Below, one piece after another: positions 38,843 to 53,166 of a stretch of DNA of 64,000 nucleotides. Within the stretch, counting starts at the first letter, position 1, and the number at the start of each line of letters is the position of its first letter. Under the pieces are notes generated by a model. That model saw only the letters and a program-made list of their open reading frames with translations. It ran no database searches and was not told the origin of the DNA. Source of the stretch: Octopus vulgaris (Eukaryota); contig OX597818.1 in assembly GCA_951406725.2 (NCBI GenBank), positions 111,414,001-111,478,000 of the forward strand. Direction: 5' to 3'. The translations under genes and the position numbers were made by a program.

Positions 38843-39247
38843 CGTAGGAGTGGCTGTGCGGTAAGTTGCTTGCTTACCAGCCACATAGTTCCGGGTTCAG
38901 TCCCACTGCGTGACACCTTGGGCAAGTATCTTCTACTATAGCCTCGGGCCGACCAACGCCTTGTGAGTGAATTTGGTAGACGGAAACTGCAAGAATCCCG
39001 TCGTATATATGTATATTTATATGTATGTATGTGTGTGCGTATATGTGTGTGTTCTGTGGTTAGCAACCGATGTGGTGTGTTTACGTCCCCGTAACTTAGC
39101 AGTTCGGCAAAAGAGACTGATAAAATAAGTACTAGGTTTACAAAGAATAAGTCCTGGGGTCGATTTGCTCGATTAAAGGCGGTGCTCCAGTATGGCCACA
39201 GTCACGTGACTGAAACAAGTAAAAGAGTAAAAGAGTAAAAGAGTAAA
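38841..39247 (+). mobile_element. SINE family C, full length
   Basis: GGCGTAGGAGTGGCTGTGCGGTAAG head to (AAAAGAGT)n tail. Confidence 0.85.
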
Positions 39248-39249
39248 GA

Positions 39250-39289
<40 letters not shown>

Positions 39290-39391
39290 ATATTAGACAA
39301 AAATAAGATAATAAATCCAAGGCTGTGAGGAGCCTTTTTTTCAGGACATTTTTATATGTATGTATATATATATGTATATATATATATATAT

Positions 39392-39697
39392 CTTTCTCTT
39401 TTCTCTCTTTTACTTGTTTCAGTCATTTGACCGCGGCCATGCTGGAGCACCGCCTTTAGTCGAGCAAATCGACCCCGGAACTTATTCTTTGTAAGCCCAG
39501 TACTTATTCTATGTGTCTCTTTTGCCGAACCGCTAAGGGACGGGGACGTAAACACACCAGCATCGGTTGTCAGGCAATGCTAGGGGGACAAAAACAAACA
39601 CACAAAGACACACACACATACATATATATATATATACATACATATATACGACAGGCTTCTTTCAGTTTCCGTCTACCAAATCCACTCACAAGGCATT

Positions 39698-39698
<1 letters not shown>
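39392..39698 (-). mobile_element. SINE family C, 5'-truncated, inverted relative to 38841
   Basis: Colinear with 22468-22760. Confidence 0.85.
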
Positions 39699-39747
<49 letters not shown>

Positions 39748-39754
39748 ATGTATG

Positions 39755-39805
<51 letters not shown>

Positions 39806-40143
39806 ACACACACACACACATATATATATAAGTTTATATGTATGTATCCGTCTATATAATAGGTAACTGCACGTACATATACTTAATATTTATTATTTAT
39901 TTTTTGAGTATGCATGTAAGTATGAATATAAGGAGGCGCGTGTGTGTGTGTGTATGTGTAAGCATAGATATATGTATACTTTTACGCATGTGTGTACTTA
40001 TGTGTATATATGGATGCGCGCGTGTGTGTGTGTGTATGGGTACGCATGTACATGTGTATGTGCGTGTATGTGTATATGAGTATGTATGTATGTGTGTGCG
40101 TATATTTGTATATGTATGTATGTATATGTATGTGTGTGTATGA

Positions 40144-40184
<41 letters not shown>

Positions 40185-40929
40185 TATATATGTATGTATC
40201 TGGGTGTGTGTATGTGTATAAATGTATGTATGTATGGATGTATGGATGTATGTATGTATGTATACGTATGTATGTGTATGTGTGTATATGTATGTATGTG
40301 TATGTGTGTATATATATGTATATATGTGTGTATATATATGTATATATATATGTGTATATATGTGTATATATATATATATATATACAATATAACGCGTGCG
40401 TGCGTGTATGTGTATGAGTGTACGAATGAGTGAGTGTACGTGCTAAAGAGTGTGCGTGCGTGAATGAGTGCTTGTTTTCCAGTAGACAGATATATGGACT
40501 GGCTGTCATAGCCAAGATGTTTGTGACCAAGCGGCCAAAGATAACAAAAGTAATAAACGAAGATAATAAAATTAAAAGTAGGGAATGGGTCTGTATTTGT
40601 ATGTGTATATATATATGTGTGTATGTGTAGGTATGCATAGGTACACATATGTATATACATATGTGCATAGGTATAAGTGAGAATCTCCTTATTTACTTAA
40701 CACTCTACTCCCCCATTTTTTCTATATATATATTTTTTTATATATATTTTTTTATTTTTTTTTTATTTTTTTATTTTTTTATTTATTCTTCTATCTAATT
40801 TAACACTGACTCCCTGACCACTCCCCCAAGTATGATATTTTGCGCTATGCCTACCCCCAAAAAGTCCCCCACCAACACCCCTTTAAACCTGCCTAAATGT
40901 ATAAATGCCAATACAAATTCTTGTTAACT

Positions 40930-40980
40930 AGCGTCCTGAAGATTTCTCTTGAATGAAACAGTTCTAGTCCTGTAGAAGCT
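40930..40980 (+). ncRNA. Type I hammerhead motif in PLE-like fragment (~40680-41066)
   Basis: AGCGTC-CTGAAGA-TTTC tctt GAAT-GAAA-CAG ttctagtc CTG-TA-GAAGCT; one stem I mismatch; AATAAA shortly downstream. Confidence 0.65.
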
Positions 40981-41821
40981 CCTTCTATATAATAAATTAA
41001 TTTTACTCTGCTATGTATTGAGTACCTTATTTACTGTGGTTAACCCCGAATCAACCCGGGACCTACATATATATATCTATATATATATTCATGGCCACAG
41101 GTGTATGTATATATACATAATACACACACACGCATGTGTATGTTATATCTACTTACATATTAAGTAATGATTGTCATAATCACACGAAGTATAACGTAGG
41201 GAAAAGCGAAATATAAAAGCAAAAGAAAAAAAAATGAAAGCTAAACCTACATTGTTCAACGCTTCCCGCCTAATCTTGTTATTACATGCAACTAACACTA
41301 ACATCTTGGAGCTTCCACATTGATGAAGTTTGTTCTTGTTTGTTATAGTTCTTTCTGTTATTCTAATATTCTCATTATCTGTGCAGTGAGGTGAAAGATG
41401 TTGATGGGTAAATTGGTTGGCAGGTTTATTCAAAATAACTTTTGAACTTAACAATAGGACAAACGAAGTGATTAAGCAGAGTCTCCTGCGAAATCCTGAA
41501 GAATTGTTTACAGAATAAAGAAATAAAGAAAAATCTTTTGTTGAAATATTCTTTGAATGGAGCGAAAAATACAGAAAAATGTTATCTACGAAATAAATGG
41601 CACAAGAAAGGAAAAAACCCAATAATTTGTTGCATAGAGTCACATACACATCAAAAACGAATGCAGTGGAGCACATACAGGCATATACATACATATATAA
41701 ATACATACACACACACACATGTGTGTGTGCGTGTGTGTGTATACACGTATGTATTTATATGTATATATAAATATATATATATATATACAAAAGTATATAT
41801 GTTTATGTATATATACATATA

Positions 41822-41897
<76 letters not shown>

Positions 41898-41965
41898 TAT
41901 ATTTGTTTATGTATATATATATATATATAAATATATGGGTATATATATATATATAAATATATGGG

Positions 41966-42008
<43 letters not shown>

Positions 42009-42556
42009 ATTAACGCACACGAACATACGAATACACGTACACAGAGATAACGGCATTGCACACACACACATACACCACACATACACACACGTAAGCCCAC
42101 ACACACGCACGCCCACACACACGCACACATATACACCCAAAAACAAAGATAAAGTCACACACACATGCACACACTGGTTGTGCCCTTACTGATACAATTA
42201 CCTGCGCATGCGCGGAATTACATCCATACATTTATGTTAATGACTCTACATTCTTGTGCAAAATGAAGATAAGTCTAAATTAATATTCTTTAAACGCTCA
42301 CAAACCGAGACACAGGTTTATGAAATCATTCAAATGCTTGTGCATTTAAGATGGTCATGTTGCTTTGTTCTCCTCCTGCTTCTAGGTTTGCAATTGCTGT
42401 ATTCTTCGATTCAGCTTTCATTATACTATGACGTAATAATTATTGAGAAAGGCCTCGTAACTTGCAAAAGCGAACGACCGATTATGATGACACATGTAAC
42501 TCACCAAGAGCGGTGAACCAATTGTATATACAGTTTCAGTGCTGTGTGTAAGAGCT

Positions 42557-42815
42557 GTGAAGGCACATGTCTTACGATCGTGAGTTCAATTCTCGGCGAC
42601 GCGTTGTGTCCTTGAGCTAGACACTTTATTTTCACGTTGCTCCAGTCCACTCATCTGGCAAAAATGAGTAGTACTTGTATTTCAAAGGGCCAGCCTTGTC
42701 AGTTTGTGTCACGCCGAATCTCCCTGAGAACTACACGAAGGGTAAACGTGTCTGTGGAATGCTCAGTCACTTGCACGTTAATTTTACGAGCAAGCTGTTC
42801 CGTTGATCGTATCAA
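42557..42815 (+). mobile_element. SINE family E, partial
   Basis: Colinear with 37165-37445. Confidence 0.8.
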
Positions 42816-44631
42816 AAAAATCCTTTACAGATTTGAATCAGTCCTGACGAAAGGCGAGGTTGGAGAGATTATAATGAATGTGATGGGGAATTTAGTCTAT
42901 TTGTAATGAAAGGAAAATCAAGCATCGGCGAGTTTTGCTAACAAACGTATTGGAACAATTGTTAACTACGTCAGTTTCCCTCCCGACCCTATTGACTTCC
43001 TGTTAACAACTTAGGAAAGAAGTGACTGCGATTCGGATAATTTTTGGAGTGGTCGATGACCCGGGGAGGGTTGAAAGGAAGATAAGCCTGTCACTTCTTA
43101 GAAATGATATCAAGAAACTAAAAAATATAATCACTGCACTTGTTAAAAGCCATTCTGTTTGTACTCAAAGAAATTCAGCGTGCTGTCTGTGTTTTTTGTG
43201 GGTTGAAAAATAGCCATGAATATCCGCGGAATCACCAATATTTTTTTATCAAATCTTCTGTAATTATTGTAAAAATGGGCAGATTTGATTGTTACTTACT
43301 ATAACACGCTCCGAGAATATATTCTCAGGTATCTCAACGTAGTTATTAAGAAGAAAATTAGCCATTTTTCTTTTATATTTTTACCAAAAGCTTTCTTTCT
43401 TTTTGCTTCATTCTATAGCAGCTTAGAATAAGTTCCACGACGATGACATCATACGCTGAATCGTTCATTGATTTTGGTAAAACTCAAGTCTATGACAATA
43501 TATTTTTGGAACTAGATTCAATGTTTATTTGTGATCGTATTAACTATATTGGGATCGTTCAAAACTATACACGTATTTAGTGTTTCTCTCTCATTTTTTC
43601 AGATATAAATATGGATATTCTGTGAGTTGTTAGCTCTGACCAGAGCACCAATAATCCAAAGCGTTAAAACCGACAGCATTCCCTCTTCTTCTATGATTTT
43701 TCTTTTTCATGTAGTGTGCTTATCACTCTGTTACCTAAGGAACCTTTCCCTGTTTAGTATGACTGCGCGGGGTTTCAGAAAGATATGGCCGCCATTTCTA
43801 GAGCTCGAACGACAAACATTCTAACTGTAATCGTTCCACCATTTATGTATTCACTAACCAATATCTTCATCCTTTCTTTGGGATAACGTGGTGTTACTTG
43901 AAGACGATTTAGCTGTTATTTCTAGTAAATGAACGATCTGTGTAAAGGGCTTTACATTTTAAGTGTTTTGGTTGTTTTTTGGAATGTAAAACTTGTTTGT
44001 GTTTCTAATAGATTTCTGGCAATGTGTAAACGTATGTGTGTATGTGCGTGTGTATGTATGTATGTATGTATGTATGTATGTATGTATGTATGTATGTATG
44101 TATGTATGTATGTATGTATGTATGTATGTATGTATATGTGTGTGTGTGTGTGATGTACTGAGAACTGGTGATTTTTGCTGTAATGGTAGTTGTGATGGTT
44201 GTAAGGAGGTGACGGCGAACGAAGAGCAAGCAGTAACCAAGGTAACAATTGTTAATGGAGAGAGGTGGCAACCGAGATAAGAGAAGTGTCGATTAAACGA
44301 TTCCCGGATGCAGAATCATACATAGCCCTACACATAGACATACGCACACAAGCACACAGAGTCACACATACAAACACACACATACACTCAGAATTGAACT
44401 GAAATCTCCCGTTATTTATCGTAGTGATGTTGTTAGAAGAGATGTTAGAGGACGAATCGGTTGTGGTAATGCTAAGGAAATGACGCTAAAGTATTTATAT
44501 ATATTTTTTATTGCTCTGAAATTTATATTTTATAAAATCTCGGATGGTTTAACGCATAGATTTTAGTGAAAACAATTGTTGTCTGGAGCCATTACGAACG
44601 AAAATTTCAATTTTCAAACACTGATTTCTAT

Positions 44632-44708
<77 letters not shown>

Positions 44709-45314
44709 GTATACATAATATTGTTCTGCAACGGTCTATGTAGGTAATGCTATAGCAATGGAAAGAAATCGGACACAAAATCTATTTTACACACAACATT
44801 TATATTATTGGAAATACTGATAAAACTATGGAACGAAATAGAAAACATAATCTCTTATAGATACAACATTTATATTACATTAAACACAGTTTGGAAAGAA
44901 ATTAAGTTTCGTGAGTTTCTATGAAATGCTAGCAATTTTGTCGTTTTCTAAATAAACGAGAAAAGTTATTCCATTCGCCGCACGCACGTGTGTGTGTATG
45001 TATGTGAGTGTGTGTGTGTATATCACAGTGTCGACCAGACTACTGGCTAATATTATACATCGCTGGTTATAGTGCGCATCTCATTGTTTTAGCGTTCGAA
45101 TGACGCCGTCCTGCTGGTTATGTGAGCAGGACAACATTTCCCCAGATATAAAAGCTTAACCATTTAAAGGGTTAACAATCTACAGGGCTAACCATTTACG
45201 GTTACGAGGAAAGGAACAACGTGAAGTGAAGCATTTTGCTCAAGGAGACAATACCCGAACCAATGGGCCACGCGCCTTCAAGCGCACACAAACACACACA
45301 CACATGTATGCATG

Positions 45315-45374
<60 letters not shown>

Positions 45375-45779
45375 AGTTCAGCAAGATTTAGATTCAGATG
45401 CATATGGTACTTAAGTTAAAGGCACCAGAATTTGGTATGGGATTATCCATATAAATCAAATGGGGTGATTATAATCAAAATAAGAAATAAGGATATCCTT
45501 GTTGCTTATTTTGATTTTATATATATATATATATATATCGTCTTTTTAGAAAAACATAAATCCGGAGACGAAGCACAGTCTAAGACGTAGAGCAGTCTAT
45601 ATGTATTACTGGTGAAGGCTGATTTATAGCGCTTCTCGCCATACCTCTATGGCGTATCTTCACACCCTAAGATTACTTGGCCTGAGGTCATAGGACAACA
45701 GGTCTTATATTCATACATATGTGTATATATATATATATATATGCTATATGTTATCTCCGTTGAGATTATCTCCAAGCGC

Positions 45780-46022
45780 TACCATTCTGACTTAAACTAC
45801 ATTATTTTCCCCAGGTGACGGCCATCTCAGCCAATTATTCCAGTACAGTCCTTTACGACATCTCCACTGGTCTACCTATAGCTCTCCTTCCTTCAACTGT
45901 CCACTCATTGGAACGCATGGTCCAGTAACTCCCATCGCCTAGTACAGATGGTGTCTTGCAGTTTAATTAAACGGGCTCTTCTCATGATTTCATCCTTTGT
46001 GATGTGGTCACGCTTGGTGATC
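45780..46022 (-). mobile_element. Heavily decayed RTE-like LINE fragment
   Basis: Minus strand ITKRDHITKDEIMRRARLIKL and, after a frameshift, EWTVEGRRAIGRP. Confidence 0.5.
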
Positions 46023-47060
46023 TTAAAGCTTTTTTAATTCACCAATGAAAAAACATTCTCTGTATTCCAGACCCTGTCCGTCTCTTCCATGTTCCGCTTG
46101 TACAGAATGTCGTTGGAATGACGATAAATGAATGGTGAATGGAAGCGCATGGCCATATTGATCTAAAAAAACAACCAAAACACTTAAAATGTAAAGCCCT
46201 TTACACAGATCGTTCATTTACTGCAATCGCTTTTCCTTGTCTAGTCTTGACATCAGTTTTTGCTTTTCTATTTCTCTCACTGTTACAGATTAGGTATCTA
46301 AACAAATTGACGAGTCCAATATTCGTCCATCATGGTTGATGAGTTTTGGTTAATTTTCGCATATGTATAAGGTTTTTGTTTTTGGCAAATGACACAGAGA
46401 CCAAGTCGGGAGATAATTTTACAAAGGCTTGCACGATTTTAGGGATATCACTGAACGGATCAATATTGCCTAGAAAGTCAAGATCTGAGTTTCTAGCTGG
46501 TCCCTCAAATCGGTTTATTCATGGACTGTTATAATTAAGACGCCCTCTAATGGGGATAGAATATATCCTTGACGCACTTCTGTGAAAAACATGGTACGTA
46601 GTAGTTACGGTTTAGGTTCTGACTCAGCAACTGGAACTTCCGGTGGGGCGAATCTCATCGTAGAACAAATACTCACCCAACATAAAAGTATGGAATAAAA
46701 TCGGAAACCTTAGAAATCGTTCATCGTCAACTTTATCAATTAAAAAAAAAGTCTCCGATTATTTCAGTCCCTGTGGAGAATTGTCGAGCTTCATGAAGTT
46801 CCATCGAAGTTTATCAATATCATGCGCTCGCTCTACCGGAAGACTTCTTGCTGTATAAGAAGCAACACGGAAATAATGCCGTATTTGACATTGGACATAC
46901 ATACATGATTGTAAATATGTGTGTGTATATATATATATATATGTGTATATACATATATACACACATACGCATAAACACACACACACGCACCCATATATAC
47001 TTATGTGTCTATATATATATGCATGTATATATTTATGTACATATATACATATGTATACAA

Positions 47061-47133
<73 letters not shown>

Positions 47134-47240
47134 CACACACATACACACAAATACACACACACACACATATATTTATATAAATATATGCATGTATTTTATT
47201 TATATACATATATACATATATATGAATATATACTTACATT

Positions 47241-47672
47241 AAGGCGGCGAGCAGGCAGAAACGTTAGCACGCCAAGCGAAATGCTTAGCGGTATTTCGTT
47301 TGCCGCTACGTTCTGAGTTCAGATTCTGCCGAGGTCGACTTTGCCTTTCATCCTTTCGGGGTCGATAAATTTAGTACCAGTTACGCTCTGGGGTCGATGT
47401 ACTCGACTTAATTCCTTTGTCTGTCCTTGTTTGTCCCCTCTATGTTTAGCCCCTTGTGGACAATAAAGAAATAAGAAACGTCAGCACGCCAGGCGAAATG
47501 CTTAGTAGTCTTTCGTCTGTATTTGAGTTCTGAGTTCAAATCTTTCCCAGGTAGACTTTGCCTTTCATCCTTTCGGGGTCATTAAGTGAAGTACTAGTTG
47601 CGTCCTGAGGTCGATCTCATCGACTGACCCCTCCCCCAAAATATCGGGCCTTGTGCCTAGAGTGGAAAATAA
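47241..47672 (+). mobile_element. SINE family B, full copy followed directly by a headless older copy
   Basis: AGAAACGT.AGCACGCCA.GCGAAATGCTTAG occurs at ~47257 and ~47474, with different tails. Confidence 0.8.
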
Positions 47673-48105
47673 TATATACATACAATTATATATTTGTTTT
47701 TTTTATTCCTTTTACTTGTTTTAGTCATTAGACGGTGGCCATTCCGGGAACCAGCTTGAAGGGCTTTAGTTTGGTATTTATTTTATCAGGAACTTTTATC
47801 GATCTGCTTGGTTACATCGATGTAAATAAACATCACCGGTTCCCAAGCGAGGGTAGAACAACCAAGCTTTTACATGGTTCTTTTGACAATCTTTTTCTAA
47901 AAAGTGAAACCGGTAAAGTAAATAAACATCTTTTAAAATTGCATTTTCAAACCTTCTTTCATATGTAATTCCACTCGTGCGGTACCTTACAACTCCACTT
48001 TGTTATATATATATACACACACACTTGATATAATATGATTCTTTGTATGTATGTATGTATGTATGTATGTATGTATGTATGTATGTATGTATGTATGTAT
48101 GTATG

Positions 48106-48156
<51 letters not shown>

Positions 48157-49084
48157 ACATGTGGCGAAGATGCAAATGCACGTATACATGTGTGTGTGTG
48201 TGTGGGGGTGGGTGTATGCGCGCGCGTACATGTGTTTCAGAAAGCATATTCAAAGAAAAAGCAAGATATTCATTAATAGTTATAATAATTCTGAAGGAAA
48301 AAAACCCAGTCATCGTTATCCGTGTTAGAAAGTACAAGTTACGCTGAGAGAAAAGCACGAGTAAAGGTAAGAGTAAGAGAGAGTGAAAGAGAGAGTGAGA
48401 GAGAGAGAGAGAGAGAGAGATAGGAGAAAAACAAGCATAGAACCTAAAATAAAAAAAAAAGACAAATGGAGATAAAGATAATCATCACAAGCGCCAAGTC
48501 AACAATAACTATGGAACAAAAAAACAGACGAAGCTATAAAAGGATTTCTATTATCGAAAAATAGAGATAAACAAACTCACCACTATGACGGCTACGTTGT
48601 GCGGTGTGGTTGTTTTTTTTTTATTTAAAAATTTTTCAATGAACGTAATGCACTAAATTATATTACAAGATGAAACCTTAACAGTTAAGAACTGGGGGAA
48701 AAATATATATATTATTTCGATATTATGTTATGATGGGTTATCATCATCATCATCATCATCGTCATCATCGTCATCATCTGTATCACGCATATGTATAATG
48801 CTTATAACACTATTTGTTTCTCTTTTTCCTTTGATTATCAATAGTTTTTTGTAATTTGTCTCTCTAAATAACCCCTCTTTAGTTGTCCACATTGTAACAA
48901 CGACAGCAACAACAGCAGCAACAACAACAACAACAACAACAACCACAGTTTTGAATTTATCGACCCCGAAAGGATGACAAGCAAAGTCAACCTCAGCGGA
49001 ATTTGAACTCAGAATGTGAAGGCGGACGAAATGCCGCCAAGCATTTTGTCCGGTTTGCTAACGATTCTGTTATTTTACTGCCTT

Positions 49085-49093
49085 AATAATAAC

Positions 49094-49170
<77 letters not shown>

Positions 49171-49226
49171 TAATAATAATGATAATAATAATAATAATGA
49201 TGATGATGATAATAATGATGATGATG

Positions 49227-49320
<94 letters not shown>

Positions 49321-49330
49321 TAATAATAAT
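49085..49330. repeat. (AAT)n/(GAT)n microsatellite
   Basis: Direct reading. Confidence 0.95.
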
Positions 49331-49851
49331 GACAGAAAGATAGATCCGAATAGGCCATACATCATATTGAAAGACTTCAGACAAAAATCTTGCCTCCTCA
49401 TTGATATGACTGTCCCAATCGATATAAACGTATCTGCCAAGACCTACCAAAAACTGAGCAAATATAAAGATCTTGAAATAGAAATTGGCAAAATATGGAA
49501 CCTGAAGAATAAAACAATACCTATTGTCATAGATGCCCTGGGATTGATAGCAAAAGGGGATGATTGCTACCTAACTCAGATACCAGGAACCCCAAAATGG
49601 CAGAAATTCAAAAGATAGTGCTCATGGGAACTGCTCATATCCTACGCAAAATACTTTCTTTGTAATCTCAAGTTTTAAAACAAACATAATTTTCGTATGG
49701 TTTTTCAGGCATTCACTAGTACAACACTAAGTACAAAACCAAATATATGACACCCCAGGCATAACACCAACATGAACTTCTAACCTGTTGTCTCTTGAGG
49801 TATCTGGGTGAGCTTGGAGTCAACTTGTACAAATACAAAGCAAAGTCAAAC

Positions 49852-49853
<2 letters not shown>
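49331..49853 (+). mobile_element. R4/Dong-like LINE 3' end (restriction-like endonuclease domain plus 3' UTR)
   Basis: NRPYIILKD...LLIDMTVPID...KLSKYKDLEIEI...PIVIDALG, then EIQKIVLMGTAHILRKIL; bounded by (AAT)n on both sides. Confidence 0.9.
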
Positions 49854-49924
<71 letters not shown>

Positions 49925-49926
<2 letters not shown>

Positions 49927-50439
49927 AGTACATACAGACCGAACCATCAAGGCCAATAAACCAGATATTGTTGTGAAAGACCAAAACAATAAAGTTTGCT
50001 TATTGATCGACATGAGCATCCCCTGTGATCATAATATCTCAGCGAAAGAGTTTGACAAGCTCAGAAAATATAAAGACCTACTCATTGAAATTGAGAAAAT
50101 GTGGCATCTCAAGGCGGTTACAATACCAGTGATCGTAGGAGCACTAGGAATGATCAAGAAGGGAACTGAAAATTAGATGAGAATGATCCTTGGCTTACCA
50201 TCCCTGCAAGAAGTGCAAAAGATTGTCTTAACTGGTACATCACACGTATTGAGAAGAGCATTGTCGATGTGAGAACTGTTGCTGCTCATGTATTTTAATT
50301 TAACTTTAAAAAAAAAAAATGAACGAACTATTGAGTTTGGTTTAATGGCCTACCAATGTATACTATGAGTTTCTTTGCCCTAGGAGTTGGGAAGACACTC
50401 GGCAAGAAATGGAAGCAAATTTGAAAGAAGAAAAACAGA

Positions 50440-50441
<2 letters not shown>
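49925..50441 (+). mobile_element. Second R4/Dong-like LINE 3' end, different family
   Basis: TDRTIKANKPDIVVKD...LIDMSIPCD...KLRKYKDL...PVIVGALG, then QEVQKIVLTGTSHVLRRAL; bounded by (AAT)n. Confidence 0.9.
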
Positions 50442-50490
<49 letters not shown>

Positions 50491-50493
<3 letters not shown>

Positions 50494-50965
50494 GGAAGGA
50501 GTAAAACCGCCCAGGTGTTGATAATTTCGATCTTATTCCGTCCGTTTAATTTCGACTTAAGGATCAGTCTCAGTCTGCCCAAGTACGCCACCTTAAATTT
50601 TTCTGTCATTTCTTTCTCCAACAATTTATCCATTTCCAAAAGGAATATAAGAGACGCCATGAAAATATAGCCACGCTTGTCCATTGGTCATTTTGCAACA
50701 AGTATGGACTTGACAGAGCAAAAAATTGGTACAACCACAAACCTGAAGGCATCATCGAAAATGATTATACAATGATCCTGTGGGATTTTATGATTCAGTG
50801 CGACCATGAGATAGAAAATAGGAAGCCAGACATAGTTTTAATTGAGAAAGAAAGCAGACTATGCTGGATCATAGATATAGCAAGCCCGCTGACAACAAGG
50901 TATGCGATAAGGAAGAAAGAAAAGTCGATAGATATGACAGATTAGCTTGGGAAGTTAAGCAGTTT
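50491..50965 (+). mobile_element. Third R4/Dong-like fragment with inverted 5' segment
   Basis: 50491-50638 minus: YLGRLRLILKSKLNGRNKIEIINTWAV; 50638-50965 plus: EYKRRHENIATLVHW...ILWDFMIQCDHEIENRKPDIVLI...IIDIA. Confidence 0.85.
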
Positions 50966-51476
50966 AAACAAATATATAAAGTCACACGAAATAGTAAAAT
51001 TTCATATATGACACGATACAGCAAATGGAATTGTTCAAGTTTTGGTTTGTTCAAATCATAATTCATTATGTCAATATACAGAAAGAAAATTCCAGATAAT
51101 CCATTTCGTAATACATGTGAAAGTTTATGTGACTTATTGAAATAGCCCCATTCAGATCAATTAAAGAAATGACACATCTTCACTAGATAATGTAAAGGGG
51201 TCTCGCAGAATACTGCCAAATACCGATACTTTTATTTATGGACACCGGAAGTTTGTAAGGCGTTCTGTTTGGCAATCTAACAATTTTGTCAATTCACACA
51301 TATTCACACACATACGCGTGCATTGTTTATAATGAAAAAGAGAAGTTCTTACAAGGTTTTGTTTTACTAAATTATATCTATATTAAATTTTTTCGACTGT
51401 TCTTGCTTGCCGTTATTTCAAGTTTTCCGTTGATACCATCGCAGGTATTTACTTCATAAACAAATTTAGCTATCCA

Positions 51477-51535
<59 letters not shown>

Positions 51536-52293
51536 GTACATATTTAGATACATAAAACCTCATTATTTTACTTATTAAGAAAACCGTGCGAATCATTCGA
51601 AAGGCGTTGTATTGCGAATTGAGAAAAAATTTCCTTAAACAGAGGTCAAATTTGATAAAAGAATAAACTGCCTGATTTTATGCCAAAAAAAAAAAAAATT
51701 AATCTTCACTTGATATGACAGTCACATGTTTGAATTCCCATGGTGCACGTCAGAATATTTCTTTCCTCGTGAGGATGGAGAGCGACTGTACGTAACTTGT
51801 TAGTTGGGGTTAATATTTCGACTTGCCTTTAATTCTTGACCCGAACGAATGACTGCAATACGTAAGTCTAGCCTTAAATGTGTTTGCGATCAAGTTGATA
51901 TACGGTTTTACTATATAGTCCCTTGAGTTTCTATCAGCTCTTTGTAATACTTCTTTAAAGGAATTTCCTCTTCGGGGGGAAAAAGTATTTGGCAGAGCTA
52001 TTGTTCTTAGATCGGGGAGGTTGGCGAATGTTTTAGAGATTTGTAATCTAATTTTGCCCTCTACTACCGTAGTTACCCTTTCTGCAATATATATTGAAAT
52101 ATCCGTGTGAAGAGAACGTTTTAATATCATCTTAGATAAAGGGAACTATTTCAGTAGAGTGCAGATCAATCATAACGCATGATTGATCATGCCAACGTGA
52201 AACTTAAAGTAACGACAAATAGTGTCTACAAATATACGAACAGACAGACAGACACCCACCCACGTGTGTGTGTGTGTGCGTGCGAATACTATA

Positions 52294-52349
<56 letters not shown>

Positions 52350-52488
52350 TCAATAAATGGTGGGGTTGTGTTGACCGCACGTGGAGAAATGATAAGTAAG
52401 GAAAAATTTTTTTAAAAATGCAGAATGCTCAAATGAAATAAAATTTTAATAAAATGAGAAAATGATAAAATATATAAATATATATATT

Positions 52489-52529
52489 TATTCAACCGGT
52501 TTTCGTCAATGTATGACTTGTCAAGAATA
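52489..52529 (-). ncRNA. Minimal hammerhead, U3-A8 core, left arm
   Basis: Exact reverse complement of 53759-53799. Confidence 0.8.
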
Positions 52530-53166
52530 TTTATGTTTTAAGAAGTTTTTTTGAAAATTAGAAAGGGGAAAAAAAGAAAATTGCAATGTTTTTTGTAAAA
52601 GAATAATGATAAAAATGTACAAAAATTAAAAAATAAGTTCTCCGATACATTGTGAGTTCGTTGTGTATCTTGAGTTTTATGGTTGTTTACCAAAAAGTTA
52701 CCTTGAGGTGTTAAGATCCAAAGGGATTAAGAGCATGTGATGTGTTGTGTTGTTGAATACAGCATGTTGCAGGACAGGAAGTAGTAGTAATTGTGGTCCT
52801 GGTTCTTCAGTTCCTGTGTTGTGAGTAAGGGGAGAAAACTCTTTTGAGTTCTTCAATAAAACCCAAATTATAAAACTATCATTTTAGCTTCATTTGCATT
52901 ATCTTTTTTATATATAATTGCTTGTTAACTTAACTTTCAGATTTTAACACTTTATTTATATTATTTTCTAATAATATAAAACTGCATAGACAATTGCATT
53001 TCAAATTGTCATATCATTTATAATAAAAATGATAGTAGTAACAACAACAATAGTGAAAATGATATTTAAAGAATATAAGTTTTAGCTTGAAGTGGTGAAT
53101 GCATGGTATCTTTATATATTTGTGTTAGTCCATCCATGAAGAGTGAGGTAGAGGAAGGAAGTTTGA

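Noticed and set aside
51810-52130. 106-aa ORF with RRGNSFKEVLQRAD, faintly like a PLE RT-endonuclease linker
   Set aside because: Single weak motif; needs a profile search to support.
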